DNA of 64,000 nucleotides, taken from Vicinamibacterales bacterium. Lineage in GTDB: Bacteria > Acidobacteriota > Vicinamibacteria > Vicinamibacterales > UBA8438. Below are positions 1-9,760 of this stretch, one piece after another. The notes under the pieces were generated by a model. That model searched no databases. It had not been told where the DNA came from and worked only from the letters and a program-made list of their open reading frames with translations. Every line of letters begins with the position of its first letter. The stretch's first letter is position 1. Made by a program: the position numbers and the translations under genes. The stretch spans positions 586,428 to 650,427 of the forward strand of contig OZ244228.1 in the NCBI GenBank assembly GCA_965217045.1, read 5' to 3'.

Positions 1-1
1 C

Positions 2-964
2 GCCGGCAGCAGCGGCACGGGCTGGATGTACGGGTTCGAGGCGCTGGTCGTCACGGCCACGGATCGCCTCCCGCCGCTCTTTCTGGTCGGCAACCGGGCG
101 CTCGACGATCCGGGCGCATTCGGGGTGGAGCACAACGACGCCATGGCGCTCCGCGACATGGGCTGGTTGCTCTGCTGGGCGAGCACGGCGCAGGAGGCCC
201 TCGAGCACGTGTTCATCGGCTACCGCATCGCCGAGGACAAACGCGTTCGCATGCCGATGGCGCTGGCGATGGACGGCGCGTTCCTGACGCACTCGCAGCA
301 TATGGTGAAGGTGCCGACCGAGGACGCGGTCAACCGCTTCCTGCCGCCGTACGATCTGGGCGAGCGGCGGATGCATCCCGACAACCCGGTCTCCATCGCG
401 CCGCAGGTGAACGAGGACTGGGTGATAGAGCTGCGGCGCCAGAACTGGGAGGCTGCCCGCCGGGCCCGGCACGTGATCAAGGAGGCGTATCAGGAGTTCA
501 ACGCGATCTTCGGCCAGCGCTACGACAATCCGTACTTCTCCGAGTTCATGACGGAGGACGCGGAGGCGGTGCTGATCGGCATCGGCGCCGTGTGCATGCC
601 GACGCGGACCGCGTGCCGGCGTCTGCGGGCGCAGGGGCACAAGGTCGGCTATGTCAACCTGCGCTGGTTCCGGCCGTTCCCCACCGAGGAGTTGCGCGCC
701 TGCCTCGGCCGGTTCAAGGGCGTGGGGGTCATCGATCGCGACTTCGCGCACGGATCGCCCGACAATGGCGGGATTCTCATGCACGAGGTGCGGTCCTGCC
801 TCTATCCTTTGCGCGAACGCCCGAACGTCATCAACTACATGGGCGGCCTCGGTGGACGCGACATCTCGATCGAGGAATGCATCAAGATGTACGAGGAGAC
901 GATGGCCGCAGGGCGGGGCGACATGCCGGAGGAGATCGTCAGCTGGACGGGTCTGCGCGAGTAG
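2..964 (+). CDS. 2-oxoacid (pyruvate/2-oxoglutarate):ferredoxin oxidoreductase, alpha subunit; C-terminal part, 5' end cut by the window edge
   Basis: The reading frame is open from base 2. The translation (GWMYGFEAL..., domain II/III-like VGYVNLRWFRPFP, GGLGGRD) resembles PorA/KorA-type alpha subunits. The beta subunit follows directly. Confidence 0.85.
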   Translation, partial: AGSSGTGWMYGFEALVVTATDRLPPLFLVGNRALDDPGAFGVEHNDAMALRDMGWLLCWASTAQEALEHVFIGYRIAEDKRVRMPMALAMDGAFLTHSQHMVKVPTEDAVNRFLPPYDLGERRMHPDNPVSIAPQVNEDWVIELRRQNWEAARRARHVIKEAYQEFNAIFGQRYDNPYFSEFMTEDAEAVLIGIGAVCMPTRTACRRLRAQGHKVGYVNLRWFRPFPTEELRACLGRFKGVGVIDRDFAHGSPDNGGILMHEVRSCLYPLRERPNVINYMGGLGGRDISIEECIKMYEETMAAGRGDMPEEIVSWTGLRE

Positions 965-1073
965 TCTGCAGCGAGTGACCTTTAGGTGACGAGCGGATAG
1001 GTGCTGCGGCCGGCGCTGGTTCCGGCCGGTCTCGCGGGCGCCAACGTGGGACGCGGGTTCCACAGAAGGAAGG

Positions 1074-2078
1074 ATGACGGAGATGGCAACTACGCTTCCG
1101 ATGATCGACTACGAGCATCTGAGGAAGGCCAAGGACGCTCCGCTGGAGGAGTTCTACACATCGGGGCACCGCACCTGCCAGGGCTGCGAGTCGGCCTTGG
1201 TCATGCGCGACTTCGCCAAGGCGTCCGGTCCGCGTACCGTCGCGACGGGCGCGACCGGATGCATGTACGTGGCGAACACGAGCTATCAGACCACGCCGTG
1301 GATCATTCCGTGGATGCATACGCAGCTCGGTGCCGGAGGCGCCTCCGCGGTCGGCATGGCGGCCGGCCTGCGGGCGCTCATGCGGAAGGGGAAGATCGCC
1401 AAGGAGAAGATCAACGTGATCAACTTCAGCGGCGACCTCGGCGGCGGCGACATGGGTCTGTCGGGCATATCGGGCGCCCTGCAGACCGACTACGACCTGC
1501 TCATCATCCTCTACGACAACGAGTCGGCCGCGAACACGGACATCCAGGCCACCGGGCTCACGCCCTACGGCGCGCAGACCACGTTCACGCCGCCCGGAAG
1601 CGTGCGGCGGATCATGCACACCCGTTGGAAGAAGAATCTGGCCCCGATGCTCGCCGTCGGGCACCCGACCTGCCGCTACGTGGCCACGGCGAGTGCGACG
1701 TTCCCGGTGCTCGACTTCATGAACAAGACCCGCAAGGCGCTGAGCGTGGGTGGCCCCACGTTCATCCACACGTTCGACCCGTGCCCCAAGGGCTGGGATT
1801 TCCACCCCGGCTACTCGCGGGAGCTCGGCGAGCTGGGGATTCGCTCCGGCATCTTCCCGCTCTACGAGATCCTCGACGGCAAGGTCACCTACACCTACGA
1901 CCCGCACAAGAGGGGCCGCATCCCGGTCCGCGAGTACCTCATGAAGCAGGGGCGCTTCGCCCACCTGATCGACGAGGACATCGACTACATCCAGGGCATG
2001 ATCGATACGATGTGGGAGGAATGGGATCTGCCCGGCATTACGCCGATCAAGAGCGGCCTGCAGCTGGCCAAGGCGTAG
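1074..2078 (+). CDS. 2-oxoacid:ferredoxin oxidoreductase, beta subunit (TPP-binding)
   Basis: It carries the N-terminal CQGC cysteine motif, the TPP-binding GDLGGGDMG motif and the typical YDNE segment. An AAGGAAGG RBS lies upstream. An alternative ATG start is at 1083. Confidence 0.9.
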   Translation: MTEMATTLPMIDYEHLRKAKDAPLEEFYTSGHRTCQGCESALVMRDFAKASGPRTVATGATGCMYVANTSYQTTPWIIPWMHTQLGAGGASAVGMAAGLRALMRKGKIAKEKINVINFSGDLGGGDMGLSGISGALQTDYDLLIILYDNESAANTDIQATGLTPYGAQTTFTPPGSVRRIMHTRWKKNLAPMLAVGHPTCRYVATASATFPVLDFMNKTRKALSVGGPTFIHTFDPCPKGWDFHPGYSRELGELGIRSGIFPLYEILDGKVTYTYDPHKRGRIPVREYLMKQGRFAHLIDEDIDYIQGMIDTMWEEWDLPGITPIKSGLQLAKA

Positions 2079-2098
2079 TTGACGGATAACGTTCGACC

Positions 2099-2156
2099 AG
2101 ACGCGGGGGCCGCCGGCCCCCGCGTCTTCCTCCGGGCGGGCGGGGCATCGCCCCGC
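2099..2156. terminator. Two GC-rich hairpins between convergent genes (putative bidirectional terminators)
   Basis: A perfect 13-bp stem AGACGCGGGGGCC/GGCCCCCGCGTCT lies at 2099-2127. A 7-bp stem GCGGGGC/GCCCCGC lies at 2140-2156. Neither has a classical U-tract. Confidence 0.45.
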
Positions 2157-2164
2157 GGGGCGCG

Positions 2165-2485
2165 CTACTGTTTGGCCTGCGGCGGGACGTAGTCCGGCGG
2201 GGGCGCCGATTCCTCGCCGAAGAAGAATTCTTCCATCGACTTGACGATCAGCTGCTGGGCTTCCTTCTGCCACGGCATGAGCCGGTACTCGTTCAGCAGC
2301 ATCTTCATGCGCTCTTCCCAGAGCGTCCAGGCGTCGGCCGACACGTTCTCGTAGATCCGCCGCCCGAGCTCTCCCGGCCACGGGGGCTCGCTCAGACCGG
2401 GCATCTCTCTCTGGAACTTGGCGCACGTGACGGTTCGCCCGCCCGCGCTGCCGTCCGCCGGTTTGTCGTTGTGCTCAGCAGCCAT
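2165..2485 (-). CDS. yggX: Fe(2+)-trafficking / oxidative-damage protection protein YggX family
   Basis: The 106-aa product has the motifs PGELGRRIYENVS, AWxxW and MLLNEYRL, which are collinear with E. coli YggX. Confidence 0.85.
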   Translation of the reverse strand: MAAEHNDKPADGSAGGRTVTCAKFQREMPGLSEPPWPGELGRRIYENVSADAWTLWEERMKMLLNEYRLMPWQKEAQQLIVKSMEEFFFGEESAPPPDYVPPQAKQ

Positions 2486-2487
2486 GT

Positions 2488-4575
2488 CTAGTGTGTCCGT
2501 TCGGTCGCTGTCGTCCAGATGGAGATGTCCCGGTCACCGAGGGTGGCCGTCACCACCCGCGTTACCTCGACCCGGACATCGTTGAAGCAGGCACCGCCGC
2601 CGATGTCGGTCGGCGAATCCGCGACCAGGGCGTTGGCGGTCGATCCGTTCATGGTGCTCTTTCGCCACAAGCCCTTGGGCAGCCCAACAATGCCGGGCTT
2701 CATGTCGGGATTGAGCATGACCGGGCAGTGGATCTCACCCAGCGCGTTGAAGATGCGCGCCGTGTCGCCCGTGCCGAGGTGGCGCGCCTTGGCGTCCCGC
2801 GGGTGGATCTGCAGCGCGGCGAGGCGCGGCCTGAGCTCGCCGAGGGTCGACGTGACCGTCTTCTCGCTGGCCGGCGAGAGCAGGACCAGCGGGTAGTTCT
2901 CCGCCGGCGCATCCGCCCGATAGGCGTACAGTCCGGCCGGGGCGCAGCGCTCGAGGGCCTCCGGGAACAGATCGACCCTGCCGTCGGGCGTCCGCGGAAA
3001 GACGTCGTCGAACTGCACCGGCCGCACGGGGCACACCGGCTCGGCGGTCCCGCACCGCAACAGGCTGTCGCGCACCGGCTCCGGCATGGCGCCGGTGACG
3101 TGCATCAGCGCTTCGGGATCGGTTTCCGCCGCGCCGCTGCCGGGGAGCCCCAGCCGGGCCGCCAGCGCGGCGAACACCTCGACGTTCGGCCGCGAATCGC
3201 CCACGGGCTCGATGACCGGCTGCACGAGCTGGAGGTTGACCGCGCCGTAGCTCCGGGCGATGTCGTAGTGCTCCAGGAAGGTCGTGGCCGGCAGGACGAC
3301 GTCCGCCCAGCGCGCCGTGTCGGTCATGACCTGATCGAAGACCACGGTGAACAGGTCGTCCCGTCCGAGGCCCCGCAGCACGCGGTTCTGGTCCGGTATG
3401 GTGACGGCCGGATTGGCGTTGTAGACGAACAGCATCTGCACGGGCGGGTCGCGGTACTCGGTGAGCGCCCGGCCCAGCCGGTTCATGTTGACCAGTCGGG
3501 TGTCCGGCTCGTCCGCTTCGATCCACGCCTCCGGGTCCAGGGGCCAAGCCCCCGAGTTGCTCATCGAGAAGCCGCCGCCGCGCACGCCGAACTTGCCGCC
3601 GACCGCGGGCAGGGCTAGCACGGCCGCGGCCGCGTTGCCGCCGTTCCGATTCCGCTCCAGCCCCCAGCCGCAGCGGATCACCGCTGGTGACGTCTCCGCG
3701 TACAGCTCCGCCACGCGCACTATCAGCTCGGGGTCGACGTCGGCGACGGCGGCCGCGCGCTCGACGGTCCATGCCGCGGCACGCTCCCGCAGCGCATCCG
3801 CGCCGCGGGTGTGGGCGGCAAGGAACTCCTCGTCCGCCAGACCGTTCTCGAAGAGGAACCGGTGCAGCGCCAGCGCGACCGCGACGTCGGTGCCCGGCCG
3901 CACCGCGAGATGGATGTCCGCCCGCCTGGCGAGCGCGGTGCGGCGCGGATCGATGACGACCAGCGCGGCGCCGTCGTTCATCGCTGCGTGTATGTGCGGC
4001 ACCAGATGGATGCTGGATACGGATGGGTTGGCGCCCCAGACGATGATGAGGCGCGCGTGTCGGTAGTCGGCATAGGCGACGCCCGGCATCCGGCCGTAGA
4101 GTGCACTGCTGACAGCCGTGGTGGGTGCGGCGCAGACGGTGCGCGCGAGCCGGCTGGTGCCGAAGCGGCGAAAGAGCTGCGCGTCGGCGGTGTCCTGCGT
4201 GATCAGGCCGTTCGAGCCGCCGTACGAGAACGGCAGGATGGCCTCGGCTCCCCAGCTCTCGCGGATCGCCAGCATCTTCCTGGCCACCACGTCGAGCGCC
4301 TGCTCCCAGCCGACGTGCTTGAAGCGGCCCTGTCCCTTCGGACCGTCCCGCAGGCCGGCGTGCCGCAGCCGGTCGTTGCCGTAGACCCGCTCGCCGAAGC
4401 GGCGCACCTTGCCGCAGATGAAGCCGGCGGTCACGTCGTGACGCGCCGACCCGTCGATCCGGACGATCCGTCCCTTCTCGACCGAGACCGCAAGGCTGCA
4501 CGTGTCGGGACAATCGAGCGGGCACGCCGTATCGACCGTCGAACGGCCCCAACTCTCTGCGTCGCGCCCAGCCAT
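2488..4575 (-). CDS. Molybdopterin (bis-MGD) oxidoreductase, MopB/DMSO-reductase superfamily
   Basis: An N-terminal 4Fe-4S motif CPLDCPDTCSL is followed by molybdopterin-binding and C-terminal dinucleotide-binding regions. The stop lies 2 nt upstream of the yggX start, so the two form an operon. Confidence 0.9.
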   Translation of the reverse strand: MAGRDAESWGRSTVDTACPLDCPDTCSLAVSVEKGRIVRIDGSARHDVTAGFICGKVRRFGERVYGNDRLRHAGLRDGPKGQGRFKHVGWEQALDVVARKMLAIRESWGAEAILPFSYGGSNGLITQDTADAQLFRRFGTSRLARTVCAAPTTAVSSALYGRMPGVAYADYRHARLIIVWGANPSVSSIHLVPHIHAAMNDGAALVVIDPRRTALARRADIHLAVRPGTDVAVALALHRFLFENGLADEEFLAAHTRGADALRERAAAWTVERAAAVADVDPELIVRVAELYAETSPAVIRCGWGLERNRNGGNAAAAVLALPAVGGKFGVRGGGFSMSNSGAWPLDPEAWIEADEPDTRLVNMNRLGRALTEYRDPPVQMLFVYNANPAVTIPDQNRVLRGLGRDDLFTVVFDQVMTDTARWADVVLPATTFLEHYDIARSYGAVNLQLVQPVIEPVGDSRPNVEVFAALAARLGLPGSGAAETDPEALMHVTGAMPEPVRDSLLRCGTAEPVCPVRPVQFDDVFPRTPDGRVDLFPEALERCAPAGLYAYRADAPAENYPLVLLSPASEKTVTSTLGELRPRLAALQIHPRDAKARHLGTGDTARIFNALGEIHCPVMLNPDMKPGIVGLPKGLWRKSTMNGSTANALVADSPTDIGGGACFNDVRVEVTRVVTATLGDRDISIWTTATERTH

Positions 4576-4635
4576 TTGCTGAGTCTAGCAGGCCGCGGCG
4601 CGGTGCGGGGACCCGCGCGCCGCAGTCGTGCGAGA

Positions 4636-5691
4636 ATGGCCTGCGTGCGGCACCCGCGCGCGGCGCTGGTCGTCGCGGCCGGCCTGCTGGCCGTGCTGCC
4701 TACTCCCTCGTCCTGGGTCGAGGCGCTCTACTCGCGCCGTCTCTACCCGACGCTGCAGAACCTGCTCACGCCGTTGTCCGGTTTCGTTCCGTTCGCCCTG
4801 TTCGACCTGCTCCTCGCGGGCGCCGCGGCGTGCGTCGGAGTGTGGTGGATCGCCGCCATGCGACGCGCCGGCGGCCGGCCGCGCGCCCTCCTGGTCGCCG
4901 GGCGGCGTACGATCGTGCTTGCGGCCGGCATCTACCTGGTCTTCCTGCTGGTGTGGGGATTCAACTACCGACGCGAGCCGCTCGCCGCGCAGCTCGGCCA
5001 CGATGCCCGCCGCGTCACCTCGCGGGCGCTGGGGGAGCTGGGTGTCGAGACCGCCGACCGGCTCAACGACCTGTATGCGGCGGTGCCGCGAGCCGCGTGG
5101 CCGGACCTGGACGCGCTTCCGGCTCGCCTGGGGCCGGCCTTCGAGCGCGTGCAGCGGCAGCTGGGAAGCGACCGGACCGCGGTCGTCGGCGCCCCGAAGG
5201 CGACGCTGCTGGCGCCGTACTTCGGATGGGCCGGCATCGACGGGATGATCAGTCCTTTCACGCTCGAGATTCTGGTCAACGACGCCGTGCTGCCGTTCGA
5301 GCGGCCGTACGTCGTCGCGCACGAGTGGGCCCATCTCGCCGGCTACGCCGCCGAGTCCGAAGCGAGCTTCGTGGGCTGGCTGACGTGTCTGGCCGGCGAT
5401 GACGCGTCGCGCTACAGCGCGTGGCTGTATCTGATGCCGCGGGTGGTGCGTCACCTCGACGAGGAGGGCCGCGGCCGGGTGTGGGGGCGTCTGGCCGCCG
5501 GGCCCGCCGCCGACCTGCGCGCGGTGGCGCTGCGGCTGCGCGACGCCGTGCCGTTCGTGCAGCGCAACGCGAACCGCGTCTACGACCGCTACCTGAGGGC
5601 GAACCGCGTGGAGGCCGGGATCGCCAGCTACGGTGAGGTGGTCGACCTGGTTCTGGGTACCACGTCCTGGCGGAGTTTCCTGGAGCGGTAG
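4636..5691 (+). CDS. DUF3810-family membrane protein (putative HExxH metallopeptidase-like)
   Basis: It has N-terminal TM helices and the motif PFERPYVVAHEWAHLAGYAAESEASFVGWLTC typical of DUF3810. I chose the ATG at 4636 inside the longer 3811..5691 ORF, whose upstream part is antisense to the MopB gene. Confidence 0.75.
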   Translation: MACVRHPRAALVVAAGLLAVLPTPSSWVEALYSRRLYPTLQNLLTPLSGFVPFALFDLLLAGAAACVGVWWIAAMRRAGGRPRALLVAGRRTIVLAAGIYLVFLLVWGFNYRREPLAAQLGHDARRVTSRALGELGVETADRLNDLYAAVPRAAWPDLDALPARLGPAFERVQRQLGSDRTAVVGAPKATLLAPYFGWAGIDGMISPFTLEILVNDAVLPFERPYVVAHEWAHLAGYAAESEASFVGWLTCLAGDDASRYSAWLYLMPRVVRHLDEEGRGRVWGRLAAGPAADLRAVALRLRDAVPFVQRNANRVYDRYLRANRVEAGIASYGEVVDLVLGTTSWRSFLER

Positions 5692-5749
5692 GGGAGCCTG
5701 CGGCGGCGCGCGAGCCCGCCGGCCGCGCTCGGCGGGCGGGGGAGATGGT

Positions 5750-5953
5750 ATGATCCGCGAGTACACGATGTTCAAGCTTGTCGCCACCGTTCGAGGTGGA
5801 ACCACGAACGCACCCGCCGCCGCGTTGCAGTACCCCTCGGCCGACGCCGCCCGCGAGGCTGCGAAGCAGCTCATGCACGAGTATCAGCGCGTCGTGCGCG
5901 TGATGATCGTGGAGGAGCCGTCGCGGTTCGTCGAGTGGATGGACCGCAGCTGA
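5750..5953 (+). CDS. Small hypothetical protein (67 aa)
   Basis: The ATG is preceded by GGGGAGA. GC3 is high and the composition is balanced (MIREYTMFKLVATVRGG...). No family was recognised. Confidence 0.4.
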   Translation: MIREYTMFKLVATVRGGTTNAPAAALQYPSADAAREAAKQLMHEYQRVVRVMIVEEPSRFVEWMDRS

Positions 5954-6094
5954 TGCCCCGCCGCGCAGGTTCGTGAGCCCCGCCGCCCGGCCGGACACGT
6001 CACGTACTCTAAAAATGCGCCGTCGCCGCCGCGAAGCCAAGGATCTGCTTGCATAGCGCGGGCCGGAGTCCTACCATGCGTCTTGAGGGGTGCC

Positions 6095-9000
6095 ATGAAC
6101 ATAACTTTGCGTCGCGCCGTGCTTCTGTTTGCCGTTCTCGCGGTGGTGCCTGCCGGGTACCTGAATAGCGATCTACGCGCCGCACCCGCGCAGGAACCTG
6201 CGCAGCCGCTCGAGTTCAACCGCGACATCCGGCCGATCCTCGCGCGATCGTGTCTGGCTTGCCATGGTCCGAACGAGAACTCGCGGCAGGCCGACCTGCG
6301 ACTCGACACTCACGACTTCATCGGGACGCTGGTCGTGCCCGGCGACGCCGAGGCTAGCCCGCTGTTCCGGCGGCTGACCACCGGCGACAGTGTCCAGCGC
6401 ATGCCGCCGGCGTCATCCGGACGGTCGCTGACCGACGAGCAGATCGAGGCGGTCCGCCTGTGGATCGATGGCGGCGCGCACTGGGACAGCGAGATCGCCG
6501 TTGCGGCCGATGCAGCGCCGGTGCCCGCGCGCGTGATCGACTTCGCTCGCGAGGTCCGGCCGATCCTGTCGGAGAAGTGCTTCACCTGCCATGGGCCGGA
6601 CGCGCAGGCGCGGCAGCGAGGTCTGCGGCTGGACATGGCGGAGGGGCCTTTTGCCGACCGCGGTGAATTCGGTGGTCCGGTCATCATTCCCGGCGACTCC
6701 GAGGAGAGCCCGTTGATCCACCGGGTGAGCGCCTCCGACGCCTTGGTGCGGATGCCCTACCGCCTCGGCCTGAGCACCCCCGTCATGCCGGGTACCGACG
6801 AGGACGCCCTCAGTCCCGACCAGATCGAGACCCTGCGGCTGTGGATCGACCAGGGGGCCGAGTGGCAGTCGCACTGGGCGTTCATTCCGCCCGAGCGCGC
6901 GCCGGCGCCGCCGGTCGCTGACAGCGAATGGGTTCGCAATCCGATCGACAGGTTCGTTCGGGCCCGGCTCGAGCAGGAAGGCTGGAGCCCCGCTCCCGAG
7001 GCCGACATTCTCACGCTGATTCGCCGCGTCACGTTCGATCTGACCGGCCTCCCGGCGGCCGGGGACCAGATTGCCGCCGTCCTCAGCGACGACGCACCCG
7101 AAGCCTACGAGCGCCACGTCGACCGGTTGCTCGCCTCGACGGCGTACGGCGAGCGGATGGCGGTCGAGTGGCTGGACGGCGCCCGCTATGCCGACTCCAG
7201 CGGGTATCAGACCGACGCCCCGCGGGAGATGTGGCGCTACCGCGACTGGGTGATCGACGCGTACAACGAGAACATGCCGTTCGATCAGTTCACCATCGAA
7301 CAGATCGCCGGCGACATGCTCCCCGACGCCACGCTCGAGCAGAGAATCGCCACCGCCTTCAACCGGAACCACAGCCAGAACGGCGAGGGCGGTATCGTCC
7401 CGGAGGAGTTCCTGGTCGAGAACGTGGTCGATCGCGTCTCGACGACGGGGACGGTGTGGATGGGGTTGACCCTGGGGTGCGCGCGCTGCCACGACCACAA
7501 GTTCGACCCGCTCACGCAGAAGGAGTTCTACCAGATCTACGCCTACTTCAATAACATTCCCGAGCGCGGCAATCTGCGCGGCCTGGGGGCGAAGGCGTTC
7601 AAGTACTTCAACTCGCCGCCGAACATCACCGCTCCGACTGAGGAGAACTACGCCGAGCTGGCCGAGTTCGACGCCACGCTCGACGAGGCACGAGAGGAGT
7701 TCTCGAGGCTCGAGGCCGACGCGGCCGACGCGCGGGCCGAGTGGGAGAACTCGCTGCGGGGCGGCTGGCCGGTCGATTGGGTCCTGCGCGACAAGCTCCT
7801 GCTCCATCACCCGCTCGACGGTGACATCGCCGGCACCTATACGGGCGAGCCGGTGACCGTTTCGCAGGGAGTGACTGCCCACCTGCGGCCGCCCAGAGAG
7901 CCGGTGACCCTCACGTTTCCGGTGAACGTGACGCTGGAGGATGGCCAGCCGAGCTTCGCCCCGGGTCGGGTCGGCGAGGCGATGAACTTCGACGGCCGGC
8001 GTTTCGTCAATGCCGGCGACATCGCGAACTTCACCTACGCCGAACCGTTCACCCTGGCCGCCTGGATCTATCCCACCGCACCGGACGGCGCGATCGTGTC
8101 GCGCGCGCTGGCCGGCGACCAGGGCGAGCAGGGGTGGGGCCTGTATCTGCTTGAAGGGAAGCTGCAGGTCAACCTGTCCCAGCGCTATGCGGACGACGGG
8201 CTGCGGGTGGAATCCCGGGACGTGCTGCCGCTCAACGAATGGCAGCATGTGCTCGTCACCTATGACGGGAGCAAGGTGCCGGAGGGATTGCAGATCTACG
8301 TCAACGGCGAGTCGCGGGAGATTAACCCCCTCCTCGACGGGATCAACAACGCGATGCGGACCAAGGAGCCGTTGCGCATCGGGGCCAGCGGGTCTGCCCC
8401 CGAGAGCTCCGGCTCCACCGATTCGAGACCCCGGTTCCAGGGCATGATCGATGACGTGCGCATCTACACGGCGGCCCTGACTCCGGAGCAGGCGGCGGTC
8501 GTGGCGATCGGGGAGTCGCTGACCGAGATCGCGCGGATTGCGCCGGCCAGCCGGACGGCGGGGCAGGCCGAGAAGCTGCGGCTCGCCTTCCTCGACCAGT
8601 ACGCCGCGCAGCCGGTTCAGGAGGCGTGGCGCAAGGCCAATGACCTCGAGCGCGAGCGCGCGGAGCTCTGGGACAGCTTCCCGACCGTCATGGTGATGGA
8701 TGAGATGGAGCCGCGGCGCGACACGTTCCTGCTGATTCGAGGCGCGTACGACGTGCCCGGCGAGCGGGTGGAGCCCGACGTGCCGGCGGTGCTGCCTCCG
8801 CTGCTCGATGGTCAGGAGAACGACCGTCTGGCGTTCGCCCGTTGGCTCGTCCAGCCGGACCACCCGCTCACCGCCCGCGTGGCCGTGAACCGCTTCTGGC
8901 AGATGTACTTCGGGACCGGTCTGGTCAAGACGGTCGAGAACTTCGGGCTGCAAGGGGAGTACCCGAGCCATCCGGAGCTGCTCGACTGGCTCGCGACGAA

Positions 9001-9757
9001 CTTCATCGATTCCGGCTGGGACGTCAAGGCGCTGCAGCGGGCGATCGTGACGAGCGCCACCTACCGGCAGGCATCGCCGGTTTCGCCGGACGCGCTCGAG
9101 GCCGATCCGGAGAACCGCCTGCTGGCTCGCGGACCACGGATGCGCATGCCGGCGCAGATGATCCGCGACCAGGCACTCTCGATCGCGGGACTGCTCGTCG
9201 ACGAGGTCGGAGGGCCTTCGGTCAGGCCGTATCAGCCCGAGGGCCTGTGGGAGGAACAGAGCAGTCAACAGTACGAGCAGTCCGAGGGAGACGACCTGTA
9301 CCGCCGCAGCCTGTACACGTACTGGAAGCGAACGCTCGCACCGCCGTCGATGCTGGCGTTCGATTCCTCGACGCGCGAGACCTGCATCGTCCGCCTGAGC
9401 CGGACCAATACGCCGCTGCAGGCCTTGAACCTGATGAACGACGTCACTTACGTGGAGGCGTCGCGCAGGCTGGCGGAGCGGATGATCGCCGAGGGAGGAA
9501 CGACACCCGACGAGCGGATCGCCTATGGCTACCGTCTGGCGACGGCCCATCGGCCAGCGCCCGAGGCGGAGGCGGTCCTGGTCGATGGCTTCCACGCCTA
9601 CCTGGACCGCTACGAGGCCGATCGGTCGGCTGCGCTGGAGTTCGTCAGCGTGGGAGCGTCCCCCCGCGACGAGACGCTGGACGTTGCAGAGCTGGCCTCC
9701 TATACGATCGTGGCCAGCCTGATCTTGAACCTCGACCGGACCATCACAAAGGAATAG
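6095..9757 (+). CDS. PSCyt1-PSCyt2(DUF1549)-LamG-PSD1(DUF1553) multidomain exported protein with two CxxCH haem c motifs
   Basis: It has a signal peptide, two copies of the planctomycete cytochrome c motif (CLACHG, CFTCHG), the DUF1549 core (RCHDHKFDP), a LamG-like insert (IDDVRIYTAAL) and a DUF1553 C-terminus. An alternative TTG start is at 6083. Confidence 0.9.
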   Translation: MNITLRRAVLLFAVLAVVPAGYLNSDLRAAPAQEPAQPLEFNRDIRPILARSCLACHGPNENSRQADLRLDTHDFIGTLVVPGDAEASPLFRRLTTGDSVQRMPPASSGRSLTDEQIEAVRLWIDGGAHWDSEIAVAADAAPVPARVIDFAREVRPILSEKCFTCHGPDAQARQRGLRLDMAEGPFADRGEFGGPVIIPGDSEESPLIHRVSASDALVRMPYRLGLSTPVMPGTDEDALSPDQIETLRLWIDQGAEWQSHWAFIPPERAPAPPVADSEWVRNPIDRFVRARLEQEGWSPAPEADILTLIRRVTFDLTGLPAAGDQIAAVLSDDAPEAYERHVDRLLASTAYGERMAVEWLDGARYADSSGYQTDAPREMWRYRDWVIDAYNENMPFDQFTIEQIAGDMLPDATLEQRIATAFNRNHSQNGEGGIVPEEFLVENVVDRVSTTGTVWMGLTLGCARCHDHKFDPLTQKEFYQIYAYFNNIPERGNLRGLGAKAFKYFNSPPNITAPTEENYAELAEFDATLDEAREEFSRLEADAADARAEWENSLRGGWPVDWVLRDKLLLHHPLDGDIAGTYTGEPVTVSQGVTAHLRPPREPVTLTFPVNVTLEDGQPSFAPGRVGEAMNFDGRRFVNAGDIANFTYAEPFTLAAWIYPTAPDGAIVSRALAGDQGEQGWGLYLLEGKLQVNLSQRYADDGLRVESRDVLPLNEWQHVLVTYDGSKVPEGLQIYVNGESREINPLLDGINNAMRTKEPLRIGASGSAPESSGSTDSRPRFQGMIDDVRIYTAALTPEQAAVVAIGESLTEIARIAPASRTAGQAEKLRLAFLDQYAAQPVQEAWRKANDLERERAELWDSFPTVMVMDEMEPRRDTFLLIRGAYDVPGERVEPDVPAVLPPLLDGQENDRLAFARWLVQPDHPLTARVAVNRFWQMYFGTGLVKTVENFGLQGEYPSHPELLDWLATNFIDSGWDVKALQRAIVTSATYRQASPVSPDALEADPENRLLARGPRMRMPAQMIRDQALSIAGLLVDEVGGPSVRPYQPEGLWEEQSSQQYEQSEGDDLYRRSLYTYWKRTLAPPSMLAFDSSTRETCIVRLSRTNTPLQALNLMNDVTYVEASRRLAERMIAEGGTTPDERIAYGYRLATAHRPAPEAEAVLVDGFHAYLDRYEADRSAALEFVSVGASPRDETLDVAELASYTIVASLILNLDRTITKE

Positions 9758-9760
9758 CCA

